This document shows positions 50,099 to 63,275 of a stretch of DNA of 64,000 bases, one piece after another. The position numbers were made by a program, and so were the translations under genes. Within the stretch, counting starts at the first letter, position 1. Each line of letters opens with the position of its first letter. Origin of the DNA: Phoronis australis (Eukaryota; Animalia; Phoronida); NCBI GenBank assembly GCA_002633005.1, contig NMRA01000475.1:1-64000 (forward strand), in the 5' to 3' direction. Below the pieces are notes generated by a model, which was given only the letters and a program-made list of their open reading frames with translations, was not told where the DNA came from and searched no databases.

Positions 50099-51378
50099 CT
50101 GCAACAAAGGGAAATGACTTCACTGAATGGTTTTATATCAAAGGCCTGAAGATAGGTCTTGTCTGTTAGATAGTTTCATCTATTTACCATCAAAAAGAGT
50201 ATCACATATTACGTTTCTGTAACACTTCAGTGTTTTAAGCAGTATTCAAAACATCACAAACTTTGGAACATCAAATTTAAAACCTTTGCCAAGTAGTAGG
50301 GTAACAAGATCGAATGAGGAATGAATTCAAATCCCAAGACAGAGTACAGTAATTCTCGGTTTTACTACACACAGACAAATACTTAAATAAACTATCCCTC
50401 ACAATATTCAAAGGTTGACTGCCTTGGTGTTGGTAATCAAAATTTTTACCAGAGGTTTTTTTTACGACAGCCGTACTATGTTTATAATGAAGGAAATTTG
50501 ACAAAGTAAAATTGCAATTGGCTGCTGTATTGCGTGCTGGACAGAAGAAGAATTAACAAAGTTTTAATAACAGAGATGTAATGGCCACGTAGTCCCACCA
50601 AAATGCAATGATGTATGACAAGAGTATCACTATGAATAAGCGTGTTTCCTAGTCATTGTTCACACAAATTCAAAGTTCAACTATGTCAAAGACTACAATG
50701 TATTGAACAACAACTTACAAAAAGGTTGACCAAGGCACCACACCATTAACCTTCTGTTTGTTACAATCACCAAGAAAGTTAACTGTTATGCAGTACCAAA
50801 TACGCGACAACTTGCCAACAGTACCAAATAGGCGACAACTTGCCAAAGACGCCAGCAGCAGAAACGACGCTATGAAATTTCACCGTGTTAGTATTGTAGC
50901 CTTGAACCTAATCAAGCTACTTTAAAAAGCACCCAGAAATTTTTGTTAGTGAACAAAAATGGACCAATCACACGTGTAGCGGCTGATAGTATCTACTGCA
51001 ACCTCTAAAAGCGTTGAGTTGAACTGAGACCATCACCATACTGCTGCCCCAGTTAGTGCTCAGTGAGACCTCTATTGTCAAGTTAGGAAGCTCAGTTACA
51101 CTATGACCAGTTAAGTCTACAATATGTCTAATAAGCTGCTGAATCTATAGAGTTTCCAAAGTTCCTTCCACGTTCACCAAAACACAAAATGGGAACACCT
51201 CTCAGTATTTGTCCGCTTTAACACTCAGGGCCGGGGTTTACATTAGGGGATGACATTAGACTGAGCATGGTCATTCAAACACACTTTTTTGAAAACTTGA
51301 GGGAGGACATTTATTATAATCAAATATCCAACTGGAGATAAATTTATCTATTGCTGCCAGTTCACCAGCATGAGCCAA

Positions 51379-51703
51379 TGAAACACCAGTGGAGTATAAT
51401 AAGTGAAACACCAGTGGTGTATAATAAATGAAACACCAGTGGTGTATCATAAATGAAACACCAGTGGTGTATAATAAGTGAAACACCAGTGGAGTATAAT
51501 AAGTGAAACACCAGTGGTGTATAATAAATGAAACACCAGTGGTGTATAATAAATGAAACACCAGTGGTGTATAATAAATGAAACACCAGTGGTGTATAAT
51601 AAATGAAACACCAGTGGTGTATCATAAATGAAACACCAGTGGTGTATAATAAATGAAACACCAGTGGTGTATAATAAATGAAACACCAGTGGTGTATAAT
51701 AAA
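51379..51703. repeat. 25-bp minisatellite x~13 with the internal palindrome ACACCA-G-TGGTGT
   Basis: Unit tgaaacaccagtggtgtataataaa, head-to-tail, no spacers. Confidence 0.95.
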
Positions 51704-52969
51704 CAATGTACTTTTTGAATCACAAATGGCTGCATTTTGGAGGTAAAATTCTCAGTTGACCGGCATTCAATGAGAGATTTGCAATTTAGAGGAACTACTA
51801 TTACTGGCTGTATAAACTGAGATAGACCTATAATCAAATGTGGGTGTTAACCCGGTTGAAAAGGTTCAAGTGTTTGCACTTCCATGCATCAGTCAGAGAT
51901 CTCCTAGCAACAACGAGGTTAAATTGGCTTCCAGGGACCTAGAGATAGTTACCAGAGTGTTTTGTGACCTACCATCTGGTGAACTGCGGCCATTAGGAAT
52001 GGAGCAGAAAGTAACGGGAGACCTAGACAGTCTCCGATAGGATGTGAGCACAGCTCCAGTAAGTTGACCTAATTAAAACAACCAGCAAATGAGATCTGCA
52101 GCCATTTTCGAACAGGCACGCATTAAAATGAAAAGGTCAATGAAGGTCAATGAAAGTCAGCCTCAGTGGCTGCATACGTTACTCCAAGTGCATGTGGCTG
52201 TATTTGGCAAAGCAGAACTGGATATCTGAATAAACAACGTGAGCAAACAAAAATCCTCACTAAATGTGCAGACCATGAGAGAATGCAGCAAGCTTTTGAC
52301 TGTTACCTGCTGGAGTCAAACACTGTTGGCAATGTGCTTTAAACTTCAGCTCTATATATATAAATATACACATATAAATATAAAGAGCCCAAATGGAGAC
52401 TTTCAAAAATCAATGGCAGCTGTTCACGTGGGAACAGTGAACCTTGTCGCCACTTAGCTGTATCAGGATGTACTTCTTCACAGTGGGTGGCATAGGGGGA
52501 CATATTTGACTTTGTGAGAAGGCCCATTCACAGTGTGTGTGATCAGACATTGCCTCCTCGTCCTGTAGAGGCCACTGTTATCTGGTCAAACGTGATCAAT
52601 CACCACACTGCCACTTGAAAGGCTCTCTCATTCTTTCTCATATTGTTCATGACTAGACAAGTTACTATTACAAATGGAGTGGATTTGAGCAACATTTAGT
52701 TTGACGTATGGTGCCAGATATATTCAGTTAGCACACTGGTTATTTGGACCATCAACAACAGTTTTCAATAACACTCAAGCATTAAGGTCATGTCAAATTC
52801 AGTTCAACTCAGTAAAACTCAAACCTGTTCAATTCCTATATCGGTACAGACTAGCCTGAACAGTAGTATCCTCAGGATACCAGACAACCATACACAGAAG
52901 CAGGAACAACTGAATCATTTACATGTTCCAAATGGATAACGCATATGGACCATCACAGACATAACGACA

Positions 52970-53072
52970 ATAGCCACTTACAGGGGTCTCGGCTTTTGAG
53001 AACTAGTTTGAGGCCCGTTATTCAGTGGAGAAAACTGGTTCTCAAAATGTAGGACCTCTGTAGGTGACTATT
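52970..53072. mobile_element. ~100-bp MITE
   Basis: TIRs atagccacttacagggg / cctctgtaggtgactat. Confidence 0.6.
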
Positions 53073-53180
53073 ACCAACATTACAAGGGCAAATGATAGTG
53101 GATTGTTTGATGCCCATGAGGCAATTTATGTTTGTCGCAATGATTGTAATTCGTATGCACAATTTTTAGTTTATCACGTG

Positions 53181-53377
53181 CACATGATTTGATGTTCGTC
53201 CATGTGTAGTTGCCTACTACCCTTGCCCACATGATTTGATGTTCGTCCATGTGTAGTTGCCTACTACCCTTGCCCTAATGATTTGATGTTCGTCCATGTG
53301 TAGTTGCCTACTACCCTTGCCCTAATGATTTGATGTTCGTCCATGTGTAGTTGCCTACTACCCTTGCCCTAATGATT
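53181..53377. repeat. 47-bp minisatellite x4
   Basis: atgatttgatgttcgtccatgtgtagttgcctactacccttgccc.. starting at 53184, 53231, 53278 and 53325. Confidence 0.95.
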
Positions 53378-53406
53378 GAACAGTAAACATTGTCATGACT
53401 ACACAC

Positions 53407-53590
53407 CATCCTGAGACAAATCACTGATTGGTTCCAGAGGTTGTTCGTCATCATCGTCCTCGTCCTCATAGAAATCTTCATCCCTCAGGTCGTCGCACTC
53501 CATGCTTTGGCCACCTATCGTCTCCCAGACTTCCGTACCATCCTCCAACATCTTCAACTTTTTCTTCTCCTCCCGCTCTTTGAGAATAAC
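53407..53590 (-). CDS. SECISBP2L: SBP2-like exon (VILKEREEKKK... plus acidic stretch)
   Basis: gacag / gtgtgt; 184 nt, phases 0/1. Confidence 0.85.
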
Positions 53591-54226
53591 CTGTCAAGTG
53601 CAACCCACCATTAGCATGCTTGTTAGCAAGTTTGCAGCGCACACCAATACCCCATTCACAAGCAGAATAAAATGCTAGCATTTTCTCCTGGACTTCCATC
53701 TGCAGCAGACACTAGTAATGTGAACGGTGGCTAGGTGTCACTTTTATTGGTACTTTGCTGGTGGTTTGAGTTACCCAAACTTCTGGCATTTTCGCAAGGA
53801 CTAAATTTGTAGCCAGACCAGTCACTTCAAAGACACAGAGGTGCAGCGCAAGCAGGATTGTGTTTTATCATAGCATTAACCAACGGATTTGTTGCAGAGA
53901 GTGACCAGGCTACATCAATGTTTGCATAAAAACCCATTCGGGTGATAAGGAAGCGGACAGCATGTCTGTCTGGTCAAAACACTAGTGTTTTCACCACTGA
54001 AAAACAGCTAGCACCATCACCACTCACGTGAACCTAGTGACACTAGTGCCCACACATTTACGGCTTTCTAGGACTGAAGACAGGTATAACTTACATCTTT
54101 TTTGTTACAGAAACATCGACTCAAGTAACAGACGTTAAGTCAACTTACGACAAAGAAAGGGTAAAAGACCTTTTCCCCCACTTAGGCTTCCATGACACGG
54201 ATCATGGCGCCGTTACAAAAATTCTT

Positions 54227-54287
54227 GGCATGTTTCAATAGCGTGTGACATGTTTCAATAGCGTGACATGTTTCAATAGCTTGTGAC
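54227..54287. repeat. ~19-bp tandem repeat x3 (catgtttcaatagc..tga)
   Basis: Direct inspection. Confidence 0.8.
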
Positions 54288-54296
54288 AAATCTCAC

Positions 54297-54410
54297 CTTT
54301 TTGAGCGAGCTTGGTTTCTTCACTTTAGGCACCTCTCTTTCTTTTCCCCTTTTCACTGCTGGTGCTGATGAGTCGAGAGGATTCAAGGCCAGGGCATTAA
54401 AAGGCTCATG
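54297..54410 (-). CDS. SECISBP2L: SBP2-like exon (Sec incorporation domain, K-rich motif)
   Basis: ttccag / gtgaga; HEPFNALALNPLDSSAPAVKRGKEREVPKVKKPSSLKK. Confidence 0.95.
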
Positions 54411-57400
54411 CTGGAAGGAATGCAACTGGTCAACTACAGTACAGTCTCACCAATGTTAGACAAAATGTTACAGTTCCCTGAACTATTGTTTTGTTTTCAA
54501 TTTAAACAACCTTTGAATTTTTTGATAACTCCTCATTATTAACATGGAACACTTTAAAAACATTTCTTACAAAGTTTTGTAGAACAGTGTATAAAGCATA
54601 TCCATTCTGAGATATGATGTTCCGAAGCAAGACAAATTTGGCCACTTTTCTAGGGTCCAAATAACTTTAGGGAGGCATTTGGCTTATGAATGGGGTTAAG
54701 TTTCCAAGACCTTTAAGGTAAATTGTTCTGAGTTACATAACTCTGGATGGCAGATATCCCAGTCAATGTAAAACCAAAAACCAAAGTGTAATTCCCTACA
54801 CCAACAAGGTTAAGCAACAAAAAGATGAAATACTGTCAAGAAGTGCTGATTGCTGAATGATAGATAAAGAGCAGTTACTGAAGAACAAAACTACATTGCC
54901 ATAAATCTACAAATGACAAACAAAATATATGTATTTGTCCTGCATGTGCAACTGGACAAGTATTGAGTGTCAAGAGACAGGGAATGTACATCCAATGAAC
55001 AAAACTTGTTCTCCTGGAATTTAATAAAGAGGCATGGCTTGTCCAAAGGTTCTGGGGTTACTTAATAAGGCAGGGAATGTGCTTCTAAAGAAATGATCAA
55101 TTTTATTTAAGTTTCAATGGATTGGTCACATGATGCTTAGTTTCAGGTTTAAGTCCACAGGTGGCGTGGCAATGCTTTTTCCTGTCAAGTTTTTTTCAAT
55201 GGTAGAACAGTAACAGACGAAACAAAAAACTCGCTGAACAAATGCCAAATCCAGGGTAAGAGATAATACAATAGTTTCCAGTCAAGGTCAGAGGTGTAAC
55301 TTGTTTACCTCCACCATGGGAGGCACTCCATTCTAGAGTTGACAAGTATAACAGCCACCATGTATAGCCAGTATGCTATGCCACAATAGTTCTTAGTAAC
55401 ACTATAACAAACCATACAATACACAATGTACACTATGTTACTCAATTCACATAACTGACCTAAATTAATGGTATGCACACAGGTTTCATTCAGTTAGGCA
55501 CAACAGGGGGGGTTCAACATAGAAATTGCTGGTGTAAAACAACTATTTAAAATCTTCAACATTTTTAAATGGATTTATACCCAAATAAAGATATAAGTAC
55601 ATGAACATGGCACCATTCTGAAACTTGAAGAAGATCATATTTGGACAGCAAGGATTAAATACTTTAGTCAAATAGAATTTGCCCTGCTGCAAAAAGGTAC
55701 GCTACAGTTTATTTACATGTAGCTATGGTGTGAAATAAACATTCCTCTTCAAGGAAACAACAGAGAACAACTATTAACTGTTCTTGCCTATTTACCCACA
55801 AGGCTGTGAGTTATTCATTCAGAAAACAGGTGTCCCTTGGTCATTTATATTTAACTGCTAGGAAGACATAACTAATTATTCCTACCCCACACTTGTAACA
55901 TCACTTGCCTGATTAGAGTGTTGTTATCAAGAGAACACAAATCATAAAACTGAGCCAGCGAACTGCACCAGTGCAGAAACTTACATTAGTCAAACATACC
56001 CATAAAGAAGATTTATTTTTTTGCAATTAAATAATTACCATCAAGGTAAACTTTTCAAATGACGTCATTGTAATCATTAATAAATATTGCATCTTTTGAC
56101 ATTCATTTATGTACATATAACAATGCAGCACATAAGAGGCCGGCGTTCCAACTCTTGAGGGAAACTTTGTGAAGGTTTTAACTTAATATTTTAATATCAT
56201 AGTTCACTAGTAAGCATCTCAAATTTTATTGTTTGCGATGGGCCACGAGGAAGAACAGAGGTATCACCGCTCTAAATTAATTTCAAATAAAACAAAAAAT
56301 AAACAAATAAAAGAACTTACACAAATATATATTATGCCACATACATAGGAATACTACTGCCATATCCTAACGAGAATCCATTTCATCTGGAAATGTCCCG
56401 AGACCGAAATCAACTTAGTTGCATTGCAGGAATACCTTGTTGCCATGTGCTTTGGCTTGCTGTTATATGACGTCAAAAATATATGTCAAGCATGAAACCC
56501 GTGCCAGTTAAGAGAAAAGATTATCTGTGAAAGTATTGAATAACGAGTAAAGTATTATTTCATAATAAATTCATCAGAATTTTCAGATTTGTGAAGTATA
56601 AGTTAAAACACTGAACCAGTCAATAATACTAAAACTTCATTGGAAACTTAGAAACAATCTATCCAGAAACATAAAATTGAAACATTAACTGGAACATTTG
56701 TGCAGCAGTGTGTCGTTTTGGCTTTGATGAATTTCTTAGATTTCTAGGTCTATTTTTGTGTCTTAGCTACTGGAATAGAAATAGTAATAGAGCTATTTCC
56801 TCCCTCATGATCACAGCACTGGAAAATAATGGTGGAAAATATGCTGATTTGCAGAACTTAAGGACTGTATAGCAAAAAGCAGATTTTACACCAGCGATGG
56901 AGAGTCGAGGAACGCTGCAAGCAGACGATAGTGTCAGCAAAAAACACATACTCGATATTAGGTTGCAATATCCTGTAAACACCTTTAAGTTAGCTCTCAG
57001 TGTAAACATACTGTATGCATCCATAACAAAACGATTTCGTTCGACTGGAATTAGATTTTTGGCTCATTTTGTTGGGGAAAGCAACTGACCTATCTACAAT
57101 GATGCAGATTGAAAGTAGTGAGGCCTAAAAATAACCACCTGATCACTGTGCATTTGTAAATCTTTTCTGTTTTTAGAGCAGTAAAACTGCTTTTTCAGGA
57201 ATGACACCTTGGATCAATGTTTTAGGTAACCCAAAATGAACGAGCCCAATCAAATTTGCTGTCTTCCACGTAAATTTACTCTACTAGGAGACTACACCAA
57301 CCCTGAAATACGGCCTCTACTGTTGTGTACGAACTGCCTCTACTTTCCCATATTTAATAGTGTATTTCAGTGTATTCCAATGGCCGTACTTACACATGTA

Positions 57401-57426
57401 TGGGATACAATAAAACATAAAATACA

Positions 57427-57600
57427 GAAGCCAACACCCTATCCCTCTATCCTAGTCAAGACATACTACCCAGTATATGTCACAAAGCCAACACCCTATC
57501 CCTCTATCCTAGCCAAGACATACTACCCAGTATATGTCACAAAGCCAACACCATATACTTCTGTCCTAGCCAAGACATACTACCCAGTATATGTCACAAA
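57427..57600. repeat. 57-bp minisatellite x3
   Basis: Gives the repeated KPTPYPSILxKTYYPVYVT in the spurious ORF 57236-57664. Confidence 0.9.
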
Positions 57601-58315
57601 CTTCAATATATCACATCTAAGAAACCCAAACATCGTCAGCCACGCCTTAATAAAAAAAAAATAAATGTGCATCATGAAAGGTCAAATAGTTTAGCCTGAC
57701 AGGCAAACTCGGTGTCTTCACAGGAAGCAGTCTAGTGCATAAAAACAGACTGTGTGAAAATCAACAAAATAACAACAGTAACTGTATTCTAATACTAAAC
57801 ATTAATAATAATGATAATAACAACAAAGGCAATAAAAAGAAAACAGTGCATATACAGAATATCAAACTTAGCAATTTTAATGCATACCCTAGTCTGTCAA
57901 GTTAGTAACTAAACATGGGTAATTAAGGTTATGCAAGATCATAGAAAAATGTCGAAATCTGGCAAACTTCAGAACATCATATCTCAGAAATGGCCCATCA
58001 GATTCAAATGAAATTTTCAGATACTATGTTTTATGTACTATTTTCTGAAACGCTGTAAGGAAATGTTTTTAAAATTTCCACTTGTGTATAAAGGGTTATC
58101 AAAAACAAGATCCAAAGAAATTTGGTCATGTTATTTATGCTGTAGCTTTCTTTTTCGATAAATTTCACAAAGACCTGGTCACATGACCAAATTAATGGTA
58201 GACTGGAATTAAGTCAAAATCAAATTCTACAGGCTCTCTACTTTCACAAAATATATACTTTTACTGAGTTGAAATATACAGTTTTGTAAATATTTGGCTA
58301 ACCCCACTGACTAGC

Positions 58316-58385
58316 CCATAAGGTCCTACCATAAGGTCCTACCATAAGGTCCTACCATAAGGTCCTACCATAAGGTCCGACCATA
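58316..58385. repeat. 13-bp tandem repeat (ccataaggtccta) x5
   Basis: Direct inspection. Confidence 0.9.
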
Positions 58386-58447
58386 AACATAACAGTGATT
58401 CAGTGTTATGGCACCGAAGAGACAGTAACTTGTCAAATGCCACTCAC

Positions 58448-58510
58448 CAAACTTGACTTTCGTAATCTCTCGGATTTCTCTTGTTTTTCTTTTTTGACTT
58501 CTTGTTGCTT
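58448..58510 (-). CDS. SECISBP2L: SBP2-like exon (KQQEVKKEKQEKSERLRKSSL)
   Basis: ttacag / gtgagt; 63 nt, phases 0/0; continues the conserved ..ALE|KQQ junction. Confidence 0.85.
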
Positions 58511-58912
58511 CTGTAAAACAAAGGACAAATGGTACTAATGATGCGCTAAAATGACCACAGAATAGAAGCAGAAAGCATCCATGTTCAACATGTGTATAGG
58601 AGCGCAGGAATGATTGAACATTTTATGGACTTCAAGACTTCATGAATGACGAGCACAAATTTCAGCTTCAGAATGAGAAGTTGCTGGCATAGTGTTCTGC
58701 ACTTGGATGCTGGAAAATTTAATGTATCTGCTTCATGAAAAACAAAATGAGATTTAAGTCAGAAATAAGGTTTTACACTTCACACAACTATTTCCAAAAG
58801 ATAATGCTTTTTGCCTAATCAGCCAGGACCAAAATATTAAGTACTGTCAAAGTTGATAAAACATTGGATGACTAAAACTATTCCATGAAAACAGTGAATA
58901 AATAACGGAAAG

Positions 58913-60677
58913 AACAAGAGCAACGCGGAGCGTTGAAATGCGCCTACGAATGCATCGCAAATGGTGTGCTTTTAGGGTTGTTTATTTGTGTCATAAAAAT
59001 GGCCACAAGATGGCACAAAAACGTACAATCCATCCGAAAACAAGAACATGTCATTGCTTCTTTAATAGAAAGCTATACACCAAATTTCATAGAAAACCCT
59101 CGCGGAACTTCAGAGAAAAAACGCAAAACAGAATAACATGAAATTGCCATTAGGGGGCACACTGTTCATTGGATCAGCCTGAAAGTCATCAATGTCTGAT
59201 TTTAGCTTCATATAAATACACTTACTAATTAAATTTTATAAAGATCCTGCAGTGGATTTAGGAGATACAGCTATGGGCGCAAAACAAAACAAAACTACCA
59301 TTAGGAGGCGCCACAGTAGTCAAAGTTGTCATCGTCAACTGTCCTCTTCACACTGAGAACATACACCAATTTTCAAAATCATCCTTAATATGATTTGGTT
59401 GATAGAGCAAAAATGGCCACTAGGTGGCGCAAAATACCTTGATTCTATCCGAAAACGGAAAGATAGCGTCATCTCACCAATAGATGCCCGCATTCAAAAT
59501 TTTATGAAAATCCGTTGAGGACCTTTGACGATACTGAGGTAAATGTAAAACTAAAATTGCCACCAGGGGGCACACCAGTAGTAAGATCCATTTGAAAATC
59601 GTCATCGTCCGTTGTCAACATCATATAAACACACTTCTTAAATTTAGTAAAGATCCTGCTAACGGCTAAGGAGACACAATCATGGGCGAAAATGAAAAGA
59701 AACTGCCACTAGGAGGCGCAACAGTAGTCAAAGTCATCAGAAAATCATCGTCACCTGTCCACTTCATGGTAAAAACATACATGCCAATTTTCACAATTAT
59801 CCTGAAAGCAGTTTGGTTGATAGAGGGATGGATGCCAAAAAACTGACTCAAAAACAGTAAATATGGCCACTAGGTGGCGCAAACTAGGTCGAATCCATCT
59901 AAAAACTGAAAGATAGCGTCACCTCAACAACAGAAGCCTGAACACCAAATTGTATAAAAATACATTGAGGACCTTTGAAGATACAGAGGTAAACGTAAAA
60001 AAATAAAATTGCCACTAGGTGGCACACCAGTAGTCAGATATGTCGGAAAGCCGTCGTCGTCCGTTGTCATCATCATATAAATGCACTTACTAAATTTAGT
60101 AAAGATCCTGCAAACGGCTTAAGAGATATAGCCATAGGTGCAAAAAAAAAACAGAACTGTCACTGGGAGGCGCCACAGTAGTCAAAGTCGTCAGAAATTC
60201 ATTGTCAACTGTCCCCTTCAGAGTAAGAACATACATGCCAATTTTCACAATCATGCTTAGAGTGGTTTGGTTGACAGAGGGGTGGACGCTAAAAACAGAC
60301 TCGAAAACAGTAAAAATGGCCACTAGGTGGTGCAAACTACATTGAATACATCCGAAAACGGAAAGATACCGTTGTCTCACTAATAGATGCCTGTATACCA
60401 AATTTTGTGAAAATATGTTGAGGACCTTTGAAGAAATAGAGGTAAACGTAAAAACAAAAATTGCCACTAGGGGACTAGGGGGCACACCGGTAGTCGGATC
60501 GTCCGAAAGTTCGCTCATGCCGTCCCATCTATGAAAGGAACACGTGTGCAAAATTTCACGAACATACATCAACTGGTTTTAGAGATAGAGCAGTGGACTC
60601 CGGACGCCGGACGGACGCTGCCTAGATGGACAGAGAAGACAGCATAATGCGTCCACCTATAAATATGTGGGCGCATA
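58913..60677. mobile_element. Full-length HINE/DINE-1-like Helentron-associated element with an internal ~450-bp tandem array
   Basis: Terminal hairpin CAACGCggaGCGTTG; subterminal inverted repeats atgcgcctac / gtgggcgcat plus an inner partner atgcgtccac; (GGAC)n-like stretch at ~60594-60617; repeat units (aaagatcctgc at ~59240, 59649, 60100). Confidence 0.8.
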
Positions 60678-61283
60678 GAAATTAATACATATGTTGTGAA
60701 TTTGATATTAGAAATAATGCTTCAGTTAAAAACAGAATACAAACAAAAGTTACCGACATTATAATTGATACAAATCCAGTCTTATATACCAGATTTTACA
60801 GCAAAATTTTGAACCACCACATAAAACAGACATTGCACAAATTAGGCCCTTGTGGTCTAGATTCACATCAGTGAGTCATAAATACAATAAGGCCCTTCTC
60901 CATTTTCTTGCCCAGTGATAATTTGCTGGACTTGTAGGAAAACACTAGTGACTGAATGAGCAACGTGATTTCCACTAGGTGGGGCTAGTGTAGAAAGACG
61001 CTCTTTTAAATATCTGAATAGATTGAGAGTAGACAAGTGTTCACCAGTGTGGGGGTGCTTCAAGGTAAAGGGTTACATCCATGCACCTCTGAATGGAAGA
61101 GTTAGTGTTGCAGTTGAGACAACTAAATAACGTACCAATTATCAGTAACTACTAACTTTGACAAATGAACATCAATATGGCAATTAGTTTTCTCCAAAAT
61201 TGGGGAGATTTTTCAGCTCCGTAACAGACGTTACACAATTATGGTGACATGATCATGATCGGTGAGACCCAAGATGTCCATAC

Positions 61284-61462
61284 CTCCAGAGCGTCAATCA
61301 TCAGTGCAATATTCAGCGTGACGGGCTGTTTAGACTTATGTTTCTGAACACCAATCTCCTTCAGCATCTCTTGTTCTATCGAAATCTCAGCCAGCTCTAC
61401 CTCAGCTGCTTTATTCGCTTGATCCTGACGTTTTTTGCGTTTCCGAGAGTTTTTGTCTTTTC
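61284..61462 (-). CDS. SECISBP2L: SBP2-like exon (NLS-like RKRKKR; KQPVTLNIALMIDALE)
   Basis: Poly-T/cag acceptor and gtatgg donor. The motif parallels SBP2/SBP2L PVQLDLGxMLxALE. Confidence 0.9.
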
Positions 61463-63275
61463 CTGAAAAAAAAAAAAACAGAAATAATAAGGAAGCATAC
61501 TTGAAGGCACACCTTCATATAGCAGGCGTCTGGGGGTGTACCAAATTTAGATACCCTAGCTAGGACACCCGGTTCAGTATTTGAACGACCGAGTACAGTA
61601 AACACATAAAGCATTGGTATCTTTTAACTTGCAAACAGCAGCTCTGGGAACTCATTGGCCTGCGCATAAAAGAAAAGTTAGTTTAGATGTGATGTAAGAT
61701 ACAATAACATTTACTGCAGACCCATATCTCCACTGAAACAAACTGCAAAATGACAGGAATTCGAACTCTGCAGTCATGCATAATTGGTCATGGACGCCCT
61801 GTGAAATTGGGAAACTTATTTTGGATGCCCTACTTTTGAGCTCCTGGATCAATCTCTGCTTTGAGTTATCACTTCATCTTCTTTTCGCAGTCAATAAAAT
61901 TCGACAGCTAATAATGGTTAGTGGAATAATATAACATTCAAATAAACAATTTAAACACAATGAATTTATTCCATGATGTCCCTAAAATGCAGCGATTTGC
62001 CTAGCGGACTCTCACTTGTCAGAATCCAGTTTGAATCATGTGTTCATTAGTAGGCTGTAAGCAGTACACTAGAGTGGTACTTGAAATTCCCTAGGTGTCG
62101 CTAGTGAAGTGAGGGACCTTCCCATAGAATTGCTTGCATTCAGGTAAATCCCAAGGGTCCTTTCTCACATGAATGCCCCATGCTGATCAAGTGCTTTCTG
62201 CTCTCAACCTATTCAGACGTCATTAAAATATATTTTAAAAATGTCCTTCCTCTGTGCTACTTCAGTGGGTCTGCCCTATGCAGGCGACATTAGTATAAAG
62301 GTACAAGCAAGAGAATATATTTATTTTAGTCATGTCACCTAAGAAGAGCACACGAGTGAAGCGTGGAGAGATGTTGGGTGTGACACGCTCTAAAACTTAT
62401 CAACTAGCTTTTAAATGTAAGGCTATCTGGTGACAGGAGAGTGGCCTGAATGCAAGACAAAAGTGTTTACCCAACCGTGTCTCAAACGTTTCACCCCTGG
62501 AGAAGCATAAATCAGCTCAAAAAGCCATATATCAAAATATGTTCTAATAACTATCTTACACTAGTGAATAAAATTATTTTTGTTTTCACATTCAATAGTC
62601 TGGTATGCCATACAAAGGTTTAAAAGAACCAAAAACAAGCAGTTTGATTGTCATTGTGGAATTGTACGCTCTTACATCTTCAGCTGCTGGGAAGAGGAAA
62701 TCCTTGAAGTGGTTGACAAGGTTATGTAAGACTTTATAGAGAAGTCAGTGTATTTAGCTAACCATTGACTTTAACTCAGTAACAGTATATATGAGTGACA
62801 TGAAAACAGAAAACTTGCAGAAACTAGTTATATGAATCTACCATTAATTGGGTCGCCTTTTCAATAAAATTTAGGAATTTCAAAAGAAAGGTACACTTGC
62901 AGCAAAACATAGGTGACAAAACATCACCAAACTTTGTGTTTAATTTAAATGTTAAAGACAACATTGCAAAAAATGCTGCTGCTGTTTGTAAATTATGCCA
63001 TATTCGTTATATGCAAATTTGACTCTTTTCCTGTCCTTTCTTTGATAACCTCTTACAACCATTTCCAAACAGCATTTTATAGAATAGTACACAAAGCATA
63101 ACATCCAAGTTATATTCTATCAGTCATTTCTACGATATGATGTTTTGAAGTTACCCAAATTTGGACATTTTTACCAGCTAGGATCCTACATAAATGTAAC
63201 AATTTCAAACTTGGATGTTCTGCTCCAAACTGTCTCGTCAATGGCACATCCACTTCAGAATGAAGTCTGTATTAC

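Noticed and set aside
51379-51703. CRISPR-like array of palindromic 25-bp repeats
   Set aside because: The units are head-to-tail with no unique spacers, there are no cas genes, and the context is a eukaryotic intron.
57236-57664. 142-aa ORF with repeated KPTPYPS motifs
   Set aside because: It is produced by a 57-bp minisatellite in an intron, antisense to the host gene.
60096-60572. 158-aa hydrophobic ORF
   Set aside because: It lies within the HINE tandem array, and the neighbouring units are interrupted by stops.
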